From positions 52,452,001 through 52,516,000 of the forward strand of contig OZ024751.1 in the NCBI GenBank assembly GCA_964016885.1: a DNA stretch of 64,000 nucleotides, read 5' to 3'. Both the position numbers and the translations under genes were made by a program. The notes under the pieces are model-generated. The model was given only the letters and a program-made list of their open reading frames with translations, searched no databases and was not told the origin of the DNA. The DNA comes from Eledone cirrhosa. Taxonomy: Eukaryota. Shown here one piece after another: positions 13,660 to 26,420 of this stretch; the first letter of the stretch is position 1; each line of letters begins with the position of its first letter.

Positions 13660-13980
13660 CATCATCATCATCATCCTTTTACGTTCGCTTTTCCCTGCTT
13701 GCAAGGCTAGGACGGGAACTGATGACGGCTTGATTTCTACAGCTGGATGCCCTTCCTAACACCAACCTCATTTACAGTGAGTACTGGGTGCTTTTTTGCC
13801 GTGGCACCTCCACGACCACTTTGCATTGGAATGATAGGGACCCCAGTCCCTATCATCTCATTTCTACAGCTGAGTAAGCTGGAGCAATGTGAAATAAAGT
13901 GTCTTGCTCAAGGAAACAACACATCACCCGGTCTGAGAATTGAACTCACAACCTTACGATCGCAAGGCCAATGCTCTAAA
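13660..13980 (-). mobile_element. Composite tRNA-headed SINE with RTE-derived body and (GAT)n tail
   Basis: Minus strand: B-box gagttcaattc, ccttgagcaagacacttt core, gttaggaagggcatccagctgtagaaa, tail ccttgcaagcagggaaaagcgaacgtaaaa(gat)n matching 15637-15678. Confidence 0.75.
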
Positions 13981-14388
13981 TTGCCAGAATTAATAACAGA
14001 ACACACTCACTGTTTGGTTGATTTTCGCTTCTCGCTGTCTTTTATATATATATATCTGCGATCTAACTTACTCGGTCCTCAATGTTGCCATTGACTGACC
14101 GGCGGTCAAAAATAATACAGATACAATATAGACAAACACATATATATATAGTTTACATGTAAACTATATATATAGTTTATATGTAAACTATATATATATG
14201 TGTTTGTCTATATTGTATCTGTATTATTTTTGACCGCCGGTCAGTCAATGGCAACATTGAGGACCGAGTAAGTTAGATCGCAGATATATATATATAAAAG
14301 ACAGCGAGAAGCGAAAACCAACCAAACAGTGAGTGTGTTCTGTTATTAATTCTGGCAATATTACGCAAATATGACCCTCCCCAAATAT

Positions 14389-14394
<6 letters not shown>
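13981..14394. mobile_element. Fold-back insertion, arms about 180 bp, probably PLE-derived
   Basis: 13981-14165 inverted at 14180-14358; right arm extends about 35 nt; single related copy at 32382-32540. Confidence 0.65.
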
Positions 14395-14433
<39 letters not shown>

Positions 14434-14800
14434 ATATATATATATATAATTTCTATATATAATATATATATATATTTCTATATATAATATATATATATAT
14501 ATATAATTTATATATATAATATATATATATATATTTATATATATAATATATATATATATATTTATATATATAATATATATATATATATTTATATATATAA
14601 TTTATATATATAATATATATATACATATTTATATATATAATATATATATACATATTTATATATATAATGTATATATATATATATTTATATATATAATATA
14701 TATATATATTTATATATATAATATATATATATATTTATATATATAATATATATTTATACATATAATATATATTTATACATATAATATAATTATACATATA

Positions 14801-14831
<31 letters not shown>

Positions 14832-14916
14832 ATATATATATATATATTTATATATATATATATTTATATATATATAATATACATTTATATATATATATAA
14901 TATATATATATATATA

Positions 14917-14960
<44 letters not shown>

Positions 14961-15292
14961 ATATATATATATTTATATATATAATATATATATATTTATA
15001 TATATAATATATATATATAATATATATATATAATATATATATATATAATATATATATATAATATATATATATAATATATATATATAATATATATATATAT
15101 ATAATATATATATATAATATATATATATAATATATATATATATATAATATATATATATAATATATATATATATATAATATATATATATATATAATATATA
15201 TATATATATATAATATATTTATATAATATATATATATAATATATAATATATATATATAATATATATATATAATATATATATATATATAATAT
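14395..15292. repeat. (TA)n-variant microsatellite array
   Basis: Directly visible. Confidence 0.98.
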
Positions 15293-15678
15293 ATGGAGAG
15301 AAATGAGGCAAGCATGCTCCGTTGGATGTGCAGTGTAAATGTGCGTGAACGACCCAGCATAAATGTGTTGAGAGAGAAACTGTGTCTGAGAGGGATAGAA
15401 TGTAGTGTACGGGAGAGGGGACTGAGGTGGTATGGACATGTGATGCGCATGGAGGATGACCGATGGGTGAAGAAGTGCCAGGAAATGCCAGTTGAAGGAA
15501 GATGTGGTAGAGGTAGACCACGAAAAACATGGGCGGAGGTGGTGAGAACAGACCTCAGATCATTGAAGCTCACGGTGGAGATGACGAGGGACCGTGACGA
15601 GTGGAGAGATGCTGTGCTGAATAAGACCCGTCCCACCCTTGCAAGCAGGGAAAAGCGGACGTAAAATGATGATGATGA
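15293..15678 (+). mobile_element. 5'-truncated RTE LINE (ORF C-terminus plus (GAT)n tail)
   Basis: ERNEASMLRWM..LRWYGHVMRM..GRGRPRKTW; ends in tgatgatgatga. Confidence 0.9.
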
Positions 15679-15698
15679 TATATATATATAATAATAAT

Positions 15699-18600
15699 TG
15701 TTTCGTCCGCGGATGGCTAACATAACCCTATCTCCTCCCGCCCCCCACCACCCCCACCCTCCAAACGCAACCCAAAACTTCAGAGTTGGTACCATAAATG
15801 TAGGCACCCTAAAGGGTCGCGCTAACGAGGTTGTAGAAATGCTTGAACGTAAGGAGGTCGATGTTTGTTGTATTCAAGAGACCAGGTGGAGGGGTGGGTC
15901 TGCTAAATTCATTGAGGGTAAAAAACGATGTTATAAGCTTTTCTGGGTGGGAAACGACGATGGGCTGGGTGGAGTAGGAATCATGGTAGCAGAAAAGTGG
16001 GCAGATAAGATAATAGACATAAATAGAGTGAACGACAGAATAATTAAAATAAGACTTGTCCTCAATAGAACTACGGTGACAGTAATATCTGCGTACGCAC
16101 CCCAATCCGGACTGCCCGGCACTATAAAAGACAGATTCTATGAGACACTGTTGCTAACTACCTCCCAAATATCTGACAGTGACTATATAATTATTGCAGG
16201 CGACCTAAATGGTCACGTTGGACAACATTGTGACGGCTACGACGAAATCCATGGAGGCTATGGGTTTGGTACTAGAAATGAGGAAGGCTCCAGAATTCTG
16301 GAATACTGTGATGCAAATAACCTAACTATCTGTAACACTAACTTCAAAAAACGTGACAATCACCTGATTACCTATAGATCCGGGGAACACACAAGCCAGG
16401 TAGATTATATCCTTACCAGAAGACGTGACAGAGTGTCTGTTGTAAACACTAAATCCCTCCCCCATGAAGAATGCACCTCCCAACATAGACTGATAATTAG
16501 CGACCTCATAGTCAGGACGAGACGTACCCGACAGCAGAAGAGGACTATCCTCAGGAGGAAAATATGGAAACTAAAGGACCCCACAGCCAGAAATAAATTT
16601 CAAAGCATATTACTTGATGCTTTCGACAGTAAGGAAGAGCATCTAGAATCGGACAATATAGAGGGACAGTGGAAATTTCTGAAAGCAAACCTGCTGTTGG
16701 CGACAGACGAAGTCTGTGGCTGGAGCAGGCCTGTAGGCAGGAGGAGAGTAACATGGTGGTGGAACAATAGGGTGGAGGGGTCAATTAAGGCCAAAAAGCA
16801 GGCTTGGAAAGTATGGCGGGATGGGGGAAGTAGAGTAGACTATCAAGTGGCCAGGAGGGAAGCTAGGAGAGAAGTGTACTTAGCAAGAAGGGAAGCTGAG
16901 GAAAGAAAGTTCAAGCATGTTCTACAACGCGATGACCAAAAACGTGAGGTGTTCAGGATTGCCAGGCAATGCGTCAAGGAAAACCGTGATATTGTCAGGG
17001 AGAAGTGTGTACTTAACGATGATGGCATACTTGCCATCACCGACACTGATAAGAAGGTAGCTTGGAAGTGTCACTATGAAAGGCTACTAAATGAGGAGAA
17101 TAAATGGGAGAAAGACAGTCTCCCCCATATCGACCCGATAGAGGGACCAGCAGTGTTAGTCGAGGGGAGTATAATAAGTAAGGCAATCAAGGATATGAAG
17201 ACTGGTAAGGCGGCTGGGCCTTCGGAAATAGTTGCTGAGATGCTGAAGGCATCTGGCACGGTGGGACACACCATGGTCACCCGCATAGTTAACCAAGTCG
17301 TACAGAATGGGGTTGTTCCGAAGGACTGGCATAGCAGCATCATCGTTAACTGTTATAAGGGTAAAGGAGACGCCCTAGATAGGAGTAACTATAGAGGCAT
17401 TAAATTAATCGACCAGGTCATGAAGGTCACGGAAAAAGTAATAGCGCAACTAATCAGAGAGAGAATTGATCTAGATGAAATGCAGTTCGGGTTTGTGTCA
17501 GGCAAAAGCACCACAGACGCTCTTTTCATAGTACGACAACTACAGGAGAAGTACCTAGCTAAAGGTAAACCCCTCTACTTAGCTTTTGTCGACCTGGAGA
17601 AAGCCTTCGACAGAGTCCCCCGCTCCATTATCTGGTGGGCTCTTAGAAAACTAGGCGTTGACGAATGGCTTATGAGGGCTATACAAGCCATGTATAAAGA
17701 AACAGTCAGCAAGGTTAGAATTAACAACGAATATAGTGAAGAGTTTAGCGTAAAAGTTGGCGTCCATCAGGGCTCTGTTCTCAGCCCCCTACTATTTATT
17801 ATTGCCCTTCAGGCTATAACAGAGGAGTTCAAGACAGGCTGCCCATGGGAACTCCTATACGCAGACGACCTGACACTCATAGCGGAATCAATGGCCGAGC
17901 TAGAGAAGAAATTCCAAACATGGAAGCACGGCCTAGAGTCAAAAGGACTTAAAATTAACCTGGCTAAGACCAAAGTTCTAGTTTGTAGGAAAGAAAACAA
18001 GGCGGCGGTCCCTTCTGGGAAATGGTCGTGCTCGGTATGTAGGAAAGGCGTAGGTAGAAACTCCATCTTATGTCCTAAATGCAAAGTATGGGTGCATAAA
18101 AGATGTAGTGGGATCACAGGTAAGCTAACTAAGAACATAGACTTTACATGTGGCCGGTGTTCTGGTGCAATAAGTAGCAACAAGTGCCCACAAAATACTA
18201 GCTCTTTCAATTGCGCAGAGGGTTCTATAGAAATAGTGGACAGCTTCCGTTACCTGGGCGATAAAATCAGCAGTGGGGGAGGGTGCTCTGAAAGTACTGT
18301 AGCTAGAGTCAGAACTGGTTGGAAAAAGTTCAGAGAGCTTATACCACTATTAGCTGCTAAAGGGTTCTCCCTAAAAATGAAAGGCAGGTTGTACGATGCC
18401 TGCATACGAACAGCAATGTTGCATGGTAGTGAGACCTGGGCATTGTGTGCAGAGGATATACGCAGACTAGAGAGGAACGAAGCTTGCATGCTCCGCTGGA
18501 TGTGTAACAGTAATATACGTGAACGGCAAAGCATAAACGAACTAAGGAAAAAATTAGAGATAAGAGGGATCAGATGTTGTTTACTCGAGAGAAGGCTGCG

Positions 18601-19170
18601 TTGGTATGGACACGTGATGCGCATGAAAGTCGATAGCTGTATTACAAAGTGCAGGGCAATAAAGATAGACGGTAGCCACGGAATAGGCAGACCTAGAAAA
18701 ACATGGGATGAGCTGATAAACTCCGACCTCACACACTTACACCTCTCCAAGACAATGTCACTGGACCGTGACCTTTGGCGGTACTCAGTAACAGAGAAGA
18801 CCCGCCTTGCCAGTAGGCATCTCTAACAAACTACACCCCGTCCCGCCACCCCCCCACCCCATCCACACCACCCCGTTCTATGTAAAATTATGTTGGTACC
18901 GCGCCATCCAGGCCGAAACAAATGAGATCGTGTAGGTGTCACGACAAAAAAACACACAGTCCACGCTGTAATGTGGCCGTGTAGGCAACACGGTAAAAAC
19001 CTCCCAGACCCACACTGTAAATGTGGTTGGTGTTAGGAAGGGCATCCAACTGTAGAAAACCTGCCAGACAGTCCTATGCGAGCAAGACAATCACTCTTGC
19101 CTCAAGTGGGACTACCCCCGTCCAAACCCATGCAAGCGTGGAACACGGACGTTAAACGTTGATGATGATG
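15699..19170 (+). mobile_element. RTE-clade LINE with complete ORF
   Basis: Single APE-RT ORF, about 340-nt 3' region, (GAT)n tail, inserted in (TA)n; almost no 5' UTR present. Confidence 0.93.
15713..18826 (+). CDS. RTE polyprotein: AP endonuclease, reverse transcriptase, PHD-like finger (1037 aa from first ATG)
   Basis: INVGTL, IQETRW, AGDLNGHVG, VDYIL, SQH; FVDLEKAFD, GVHQGSVLSPLLF, YADD; LRWYGHV; no stops. Confidence 0.93.
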   Translation: MANITLSPPAPHHPHPPNATQNFRVGTINVGTLKGRANEVVEMLERKEVDVCCIQETRWRGGSAKFIEGKKRCYKLFWVGNDDGLGGVGIMVAEKWADKIIDINRVNDRIIKIRLVLNRTTVTVISAYAPQSGLPGTIKDRFYETLLLTTSQISDSDYIIIAGDLNGHVGQHCDGYDEIHGGYGFGTRNEEGSRILEYCDANNLTICNTNFKKRDNHLITYRSGEHTSQVDYILTRRRDRVSVVNTKSLPHEECTSQHRLIISDLIVRTRRTRQQKRTILRRKIWKLKDPTARNKFQSILLDAFDSKEEHLESDNIEGQWKFLKANLLLATDEVCGWSRPVGRRRVTWWWNNRVEGSIKAKKQAWKVWRDGGSRVDYQVARREARREVYLARREAEERKFKHVLQRDDQKREVFRIARQCVKENRDIVREKCVLNDDGILAITDTDKKVAWKCHYERLLNEENKWEKDSLPHIDPIEGPAVLVEGSIISKAIKDMKTGKAAGPSEIVAEMLKASGTVGHTMVTRIVNQVVQNGVVPKDWHSSIIVNCYKGKGDALDRSNYRGIKLIDQVMKVTEKVIAQLIRERIDLDEMQFGFVSGKSTTDALFIVRQLQEKYLAKGKPLYLAFVDLEKAFDRVPRSIIWWALRKLGVDEWLMRAIQAMYKETVSKVRINNEYSEEFSVKVGVHQGSVLSPLLFIIALQAITEEFKTGCPWELLYADDLTLIAESMAELEKKFQTWKHGLESKGLKINLAKTKVLVCRKENKAAVPSGKWSCSVCRKGVGRNSILCPKCKVWVHKRCSGITGKLTKNIDFTCGRCSGAISSNKCPQNTSSFNCAEGSIEIVDSFRYLGDKISSGGGCSESTVARVRTGWKKFRELIPLLAAKGFSLKMKGRLYDACIRTAMLHGSETWALCAEDIRRLERNEACMLRWMCNSNIRERQSINELRKKLEIRGIRCCLLERRLRWYGHVMRMKVDSCITKCRAIKIDGSHGIGRPRKTWDELINSDLTHLHLSKTMSLDRDLWRYSVTEKTRLASRHL

Positions 19171-19202
<32 letters not shown>

Positions 19203-19810
19203 TATATATTTATATATATAATATATATATATAATATATATAATATATATTTATATATATAATATATATATATAATATATATAATATATATTTATATATA
19301 TAATATATATATATAATATATATTATATATTTATATATATAATATATATATATAATATATATAATATATATTTATATATATAATATATATATATAATATA
19401 TATATATAATATATATTTATATATATAATATATATATATAATATATATTGATATATATATAATATATATTTATATATATAATATATATATATAATATATA
19501 TAATATATATTTATATATATAATATATATATATAATATATATATATATATATTTATATATATAATATATATATATTATATATATTTATATATATAATATA
19601 TATATATTATATATATATAATATATATATATATTTATATATATAATATGTATATATATATTATATATATATAATATATATATATATATATTTATATATAT
19701 AATATGTATATATATAATATATATATATATATTTATATATATATAATATGTATATATATAATATATATATATATAATATGTATATATATAATATATATAA
19801 TATATATATA
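19171..19810. repeat. (TA)n-variant microsatellite array
   Basis: Directly visible. Confidence 0.98.
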
Positions 19811-19831
19811 TTTATTAAAATAACAGATTAA

Positions 19832-19882
19832 AGTTTAAGCAAAGAATCGCTGCTTTCACCCTTAACGGGATCTTCTGAAACT
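19832..19882 (-). ncRNA. Hammerhead-like fold with CAGAAGA core
   Basis: Same sequence as 56294-56344. Confidence 0.65.
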
Positions 19883-20795
19883 AACAAAGTCAATCTGTAA
19901 ACGCAGAAGTGGATATTTCAAAAAACGTTGCAACCGGAGGAAGACAGGAAGACGATACTTTGGTTCGTGGAAACGTTCCATGGCAAAGAACGGGAAAAAA
20001 ACAAATATAATACGTCATTAATAGGAGTGGTGAAAAACAATTACGCGCAAAGACAGAACCACGTTTATGGTATAAAAGAAGTCGTAGACTAATGTTCTCT
20101 TAGGTGGTTCATAGAGACGTTCTCTGGCAATGAACAGAAAAAACGAAGATATAACATCATATGTGGAGCATGGAGAACAATTGCACGCAAAGACAAAACC
20201 ACGTAAATGGTATAGCTGAAGTCGTAGACTAAATTCTAACTAGGAAACCGAATGAATCTCCGCTTCAGAGTTAAGAATAAAGTAAATAAATACAATACAG
20301 GGGTAATAGAAATTAAATAAATGCATACACACAAGCATACGCAAAACACTTGCCATAGGTATACAAAACCACGCACATATAAATATGTGTGTGTGTGTGT
20401 GCGTGTATACAAATAAATAATTAAATAAACGTATATAAATAAATACGTATATAACAAGCGCACCCACATACCTACCTGTAAATACACAAATGTTCGAAGA
20501 CGTAAGTCAGCCAAAACATGAAGTACACATATACACACACCCTACATACGTACGAACCTGCATACACACGCAGACGCAAAACTCCCGTATACACATAACC
20601 AAACCATATGTACCAGAAAATATAAAAAATGTATACGCCACAACATAATCAATCAAATATACGTATGAGAAAGTATACGTACCTTCACAAAACATACAGA
20701 TAATATATACTTACCTATGCAAATAAGTAATGGTATAAACAAAACATATACTTAGCTACCACATCAAGACGTAAAAAATCCACGTATAGATCGTA

Positions 20796-22167
20796 CTATC
20801 CGTTAGGGTATAACGTGGGGCTGTAATACAGGAAAGTTTTGTGCAAATTGCCTCAGATTTTTTGTTTAAGATGTGGTCTGTGGTGTAGAGTATTTCCAGT
20901 GTAACTTATATTGGGTGTGGTTGTCTTTTAGACTCCAGATATAAGCTGAAAGTGACGTCATATTCATATCATAACGAAAAGAATGGGTATGCATGTAAAG
21001 ACGCTGCTTGAATCTATTGGTGGTTAACCCTATGTAGGCCCTACAGGACGTGGGTGTTTCAACCTTACATTTGTAGACAATGTTACTAGAGAGACATTTC
21101 CCGGATAGGGGGCAATCAACCCAATTCCTACAATTACAGTTAGTACTAACTACAGGGTTGCACGTGTTCCTACGGTTAGGTAGTTTAGCTAAATTTGAAG
21201 CTGTGATGTTATGTGCAAGGTTAGGAGTCGTAGAGTAAGAAATTTTAATATTATTTCTATTAAAAATTTTACTATATTTATGTGTAGGGGGAAAATGCTT
21301 CGTAATAAGGGAAGGAAAGATCTTAGCTAATGGTGTGGCCACCTCCATATTATATGGTGGGTTATACCAACAAATGCGACGGGATCTATTACTTCTAGGT
21401 CTATTTTCGTACTCTGTATATGCTACCTTATCGACAAATCCACTCCGAGCAAGAGCTTCATTGTAATAAGTGCAATGGTCGTTGAAAATATGCTCGTTAG
21501 TAGATAGACGGGAAAGCCTCAACGAAACGTTTCTTACCAGGTTCTTGGTTATGCTGGCAGGATGGTTGGAATGCTTACTTATGTAATTAAGCGTATCATT
21601 CGGCTTTCTATACGGGTAATACAACCCATTCGATAAATTGAGGGTAACGTCGAGGTAATTAACGACCGAGTGATTGGCCTCAACCTGTATAGAGAGGTTG
21701 AAGCCTTTAAAGAAGGCTGTGAGTTCTTTTCTGAACCAGTAGCAAGCACGAGGTCCGCACTTAGTCATGGTCAAAAGACCATCATCACGGTACAAACCAC
21801 CGCCCCCGTTGGGGAATTCGTCCTTGATAGAGAAAAGAAGGAAAAGGCCGATAAGATCAGTAACCTCCGCAGAATCGCTAGCGCCCATACTCACGTCGAA
21901 TGGGGTACTATTGGATTTTTTAATCCAAATAGAGTCGTCGAAATTAATCACCAACTTACGGGCATTGAGGATGACATCAACTTCGAAATCCTTAACCACT
22001 GTGAGTGTTTTAGCGAAATTGATAGCTCTAAGGAGAAGTGGTAAAGTGATGGAGGAGTAGTAATTGTTGATGTCGAATTGGATAAAACGGCAATGTTCCT
22101 TGTTGCATATGCCGTTGAACCAAACAATCACCGCGAAAGAATTGTTCCACAGTGCAAGAGGGGCCAA
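20796..22167 (-). pseudogene. PLE reverse transcriptase plus GIY-YIG, 5'-truncated, deletions in EN
   Basis: FIQFDINNYYSSI, VSMGASDSAE, GLYRDDGL, NYLDVTL, CNCRNWVDCPLSGKC, IVYKC..AYIGLT..FKQRLYMH. Confidence 0.92.
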
Positions 22168-22325
22168 ACTTCCCCGTTAAGGGTGAAAGCAGCGATTCTT
22201 TGCTTAAACTTTAATCTGTTATTTTAATAAATATTTGCTCTACGGTTCTTATATATTTGATATATATTTATCCTTATCGAGCCCTCTTTGGATTTTAATC
22301 TTCAAATTTATTATTATTACTATTA

Positions 22326-22357
<32 letters not shown>

Positions 22358-22849
22358 TTATACATATATATATATGAAGTATTGAAATTAAGGATATGTG
22401 CAAAGGTAATTCTATTATCGTGGACTTACAGAACTGATACAAGAACTAGAACTAGATCAAGAGAAAATGGCAGCATAGAAGTTCTTGAGGAAACACAAGC
22501 AAGTTTCTTGGTTATTAAATTATGGAAATGTGTAGGTCTTAGTATTTTCTTGACTTTGTTTAGAATTCTGAGTATTCTAATATACTTAGCATATTTCTTA
22601 GGACTTTTGAAATACATGTACAGTCTAGTCTCTCTGACAGGGTTCCAAACACAAGTTTTGGGTTTACTTGGGTCAATAGTAAAAACATATGTACATACAT
22701 TATGTAAGTATATATAATGAGAGTATATATATATATAGACAAAGCTAATTTACACATGAAAAATCATTGCACAACTTTAGGATTCATGGTCTGACAATCT
22801 TAAATAAGTGTATTTGATGTTTGTCAGCCATATCTTCAGCAAACTGTAT

Positions 22850-23292
22850 ATAACCCTTACTGAACATCATGAATCTTGGGTAATGACCAAAAGAGTACAA
22901 TCATGAATACAAGCAGCTGAAATAAGGTTCCTCCAAAGGGACTTTGGAGTAATGTTACTGATTAGAATGCATAGCTTGAAAATCAGGGAGTTACTCCAGG
23001 TAGAGCTGCTACTTCTCCAAATTGAGAGACCATAGCTCTGATACTACAGACATGTGGTTAGAATGTCTAAGGAAAGAATCGCTGAACAAATTTTACGGGC
23101 AAAACCAACCGGCCTGAGACACAGTGGTAGATCCCGGACAAGATGATTCGATAACATCCATGAGCTCATCTGGTCTTGTTTGGGGATACAGCAGGATCAA
23201 TTGGAGACAGTTGCTTCTAGCAGGACCTGCTGGAAGGCGTGCTTGAGGACATTGCTTCCACAACCCTCCCAGAAATATGTGGGCAAAGAAGA
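22850..23292 (+). mobile_element. Decayed RTE (Rex3/Expander-like) 3' fragment
   Basis: Translates HESWVMT..IQAAEIRFLQR..HVVRM..GRSRTR with stops. Confidence 0.7.
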
Positions 23293-24079
23293 AGGTGACA
23301 GTAATTGTTAACAAACAAATAAAAAAGAGCGATTGTTTAAACTCTTAACGTCTTGTAATGATTTAGTAGAAAAATAACTAAAAATAGGTTTGTTAATTCA
23401 AATGTTTGTAGCATCTTTACTACTTGACAGATGATTGTAAACATTTGTATTATTAGACTAAAGTAAGACTTGAATTTTTAGTGGGGAGCTGTCATAGTAC
23501 TTTTCAAAAATATCTTGCTAATGTTTCATGTAATGCATGGCATTAGGAATTAATACTTCTTAGTGAAAAAAGCGATGTGTAAATTTAATAGGACAGAAAG
23601 AGGTTGTGTATAGAAATGATTATGTGATAATCATATATTTTTTTAAATTCTTGTTTCAATAAATACTTGTTTAAATATCGTTTGGGTATTATTATTATTG
23701 TTATTATCATAAAAAAACATGTTTTCCTTGCTTTCCATTATTTCCATTTCCACAGAGACTGTGTGTGTGTCTATACATATACATACACACAAATAGACAT
23801 GCACAAACATATATGTGTGTGTATATATATATGTATATATGGGTGTGTGTATATGTATATATGTGTGAGTGATGTATGTATGAGCATATATATATATATA
23901 TATTTGTGTGTGCGTGTGTATATACATATATATGCGTGTATGTGTGTGTGTATATATGTATGTATGCAAATATAGATATCCCAATGTTATGCATTTTGCT
24001 TATAAGACCAATTTCCACTGCCATTTAAAGCATGCTTGGTTTGTTTGCTTGAATGTTGCCTATTTCATGTGATTTTCAG

Positions 24080-24194
24080 AGAAAAGTAAAAGCTCGGATC
24101 AGGTTGAAGCTGAGAAACGGATTCTTGCCGAATTGCTTGAAGTTGTCGAAGAACGTGATGCCTTAGTGTCAATGCTTGAGGAGGACAGACTCAG
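24080..24194 (+). CDS. MICAL: MICAL penultimate exon (bMERB domain)
   Basis: ttttcag acceptor, gtattg donor; EKSKSSDQVEAEKRILAELLEVVEERDALVSMLEEDRLR, like MICAL3 EKQILNEMLEVVEQRDSLVALLEEQRLR; phases match both neighbours. Confidence 0.92.
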
Positions 24195-24469
24195 GTATTG
24201 TCTCCCTTCCCTATGCTGGCATTTATATAAAACACTTTATGAAAAATACAGTGACATATATGTATATATATATATGTATACTGCTATATCTTTCTCCCTC
24301 TCTCTCTGTATGTATATATACATATACATACACACACACACATACATATAAACGTATACACACCCACACATACATACATTATATATATTATATATACACA
24401 CACACACATACATATAAAATATACACCCACCCACCCACACACACGTACATTATATATATATATATATAT

Positions 24470-24621
24470 CTAAGGCGGGTAAAATTCCCGAGATCCATGG
24501 ACGAGTTCTCTCCAGCGGTCTCTGTCCCTCATTATCGCTGCCATGTCCTGCGTCTCCAACAGACCAGTGTCTGTCCTTAGGGCATCAACATACATTAACC
24601 TTGGTCTTCCTCTTCTATTTG

Positions 24622-24622
<1 letters not shown>
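24470..24622 (-). mobile_element. Short RTE-like LINE 3' fragment in (TA)n
   Basis: RRGRPRLMYVDAL..MRDRDRWRELV. Confidence 0.7.
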
Positions 24623-24661
<39 letters not shown>

Positions 24662-25234
24662 CAAATAAAGGACCACCAAGGTTTAGCAATTAATAAATTA
24701 TTTATTTGATATTGACAAAATTAAATTAGAGCTTTAAAATATCTAAATGCCTTATACCATTGTATTATCGACTTATATAATTTACCTTATTTACATAAGT
24801 ATATAACGAAATTCATGGGTATAAAAAAAATTTGTTGTAATGCAAAAATTCTTTATAGCGAGATACCAAAACAAATCGAGCATTTGCTTGTTATTACCTC
24901 GGGCATTGAAGAAAATTTCATTATACTGAAAAATTTGTTATAATGGAATTTTACCTGTATATATATATGTGTCCTGGAGAGGGATGGGCTCTGTCAGGCT
25001 TAAAATGCCCAAGAAACGCTGTATGACAATGCGGTGCCTCTACGACTCTATCAGGAGTTACGGGACCATACCACACTATATATGTATGTATGTACATATC
25101 TGGTTCAAGATTAAAAAGGACAAACACAAAAGTACAGTTATACAATTACACAGTCTGATTGCTATATCAAGTGTTAACCTAATATATACCTTCCATATAC
25201 TGTACCGATTGTGTTGTTATTTCTGTTTACCTTT

Positions 25235-25283
<49 letters not shown>

Positions 25284-26235
25284 CACAAATATATATATAT
25301 ATATATATATATACTATATACACACCATACACACATATATATATAATATATACTATATACACACTACACACATGCTCGTGCATATTTATATATACATACT
25401 CGCACACATATCTATTTATCTATCTTGTATGTCTGCCATTCTCTCACCACCCCTCTTCCACTTCTCGTCTTCTTCATTTCTCTGCTGTTCCTTACAAACT
25501 CTATTGCATCGCTGCACCTGTTTGCCTCTGCTGCTGCTGCTGCATATATACACTCTAAGGCTTTTAGTGGATGATGAGTCAGCTCTTTCTCATTCAAGTG
25601 CTAGCCAATGGGAGACTTAGAAAGAAACTGGATCAATAAATATATAAATATATATATATAAGATAATATAAATGAGGTAAAGGAAAGGAAATGTGCTGAT
25701 CATCAGACCAATGAAACAATGTTCCCATTGGTCTTTCGGTCAAAAGAAAGGAGCAGATCATCATATGTGACCAATGAAATGATATTCCCATTGGTCTTTT
25801 CATCACTGATACTATCTGTTGGTCATAACACCTTGCAGAAGAAAGAAGCAAATCATCAGATGTGACCAAGGAAATGATGTTTCCATTGGTCCCATCTGAT
25901 GATACTGAGTACCAATGCTATTTTTTTCCCTGGTATCCTACTTCCCCACAACGTTATATGTTGATTTCTACATTAAAAAAGAAATGGTTAAAAATTAAGT
26001 AAACGAGATATTTTGATCATATTTACTTTTTCTTTGTGCTTCACAAACTAAACTAAAACATACCAGTATGTCTTTGGTCTTTGGCACACAAATGAGTACC
26101 ACAAAAGACATACCAGTCAGTACGTTGTGGCACCCAACGAGTTAGTAAATAAAAATTAATCAGGCAGTGAAATAATTCCAATATAGAAAAGATGTTTTTA
26201 GGTGGTTTTCTTTAACATCTTATCCTATTATTATT

Positions 26236-26420
26236 TGGCAGTATCGGTAGAGGGTCGGACGCTATGCTTTGACGTATAGAGTTACGGCCCTTGCCATTCT
26301 GAGTTCAAATCCCGCCGAGGTTAACTTTGCCTTTCATCCTTACAGGGTCGATAAAATAAAGTACCAGTAATACACTGGGTATTTGCTGGCCTTGTGCCTA
26401 ACGTAGAAATAATTATTATT
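26236..26420 (+). mobile_element. Near full-length tRNA-derived SINE
   Basis: A-box-like tggcagtatcgg, B-box gagttcaaatcc, shared body, (ATT)n tail. Confidence 0.85.

Larger units (their letters stand above)
19811..22327 (-). mobile_element. Penelope-like element family B with short inverted tail-bearing arm
   Basis: Minus copy 19811-22170 (RT, EN, UTR, hammerhead); inverted arm 22172-22235 plus tail to 22327; same family as 53751-56361. Confidence 0.9.

Noticed and set aside
24660-25235. TA-flanked unique segment with CTGATAGA on the minus strand
   Set aside because: No GAAA partner, no ORF and no clear tail motif; may be a PLE remnant but cannot be supported
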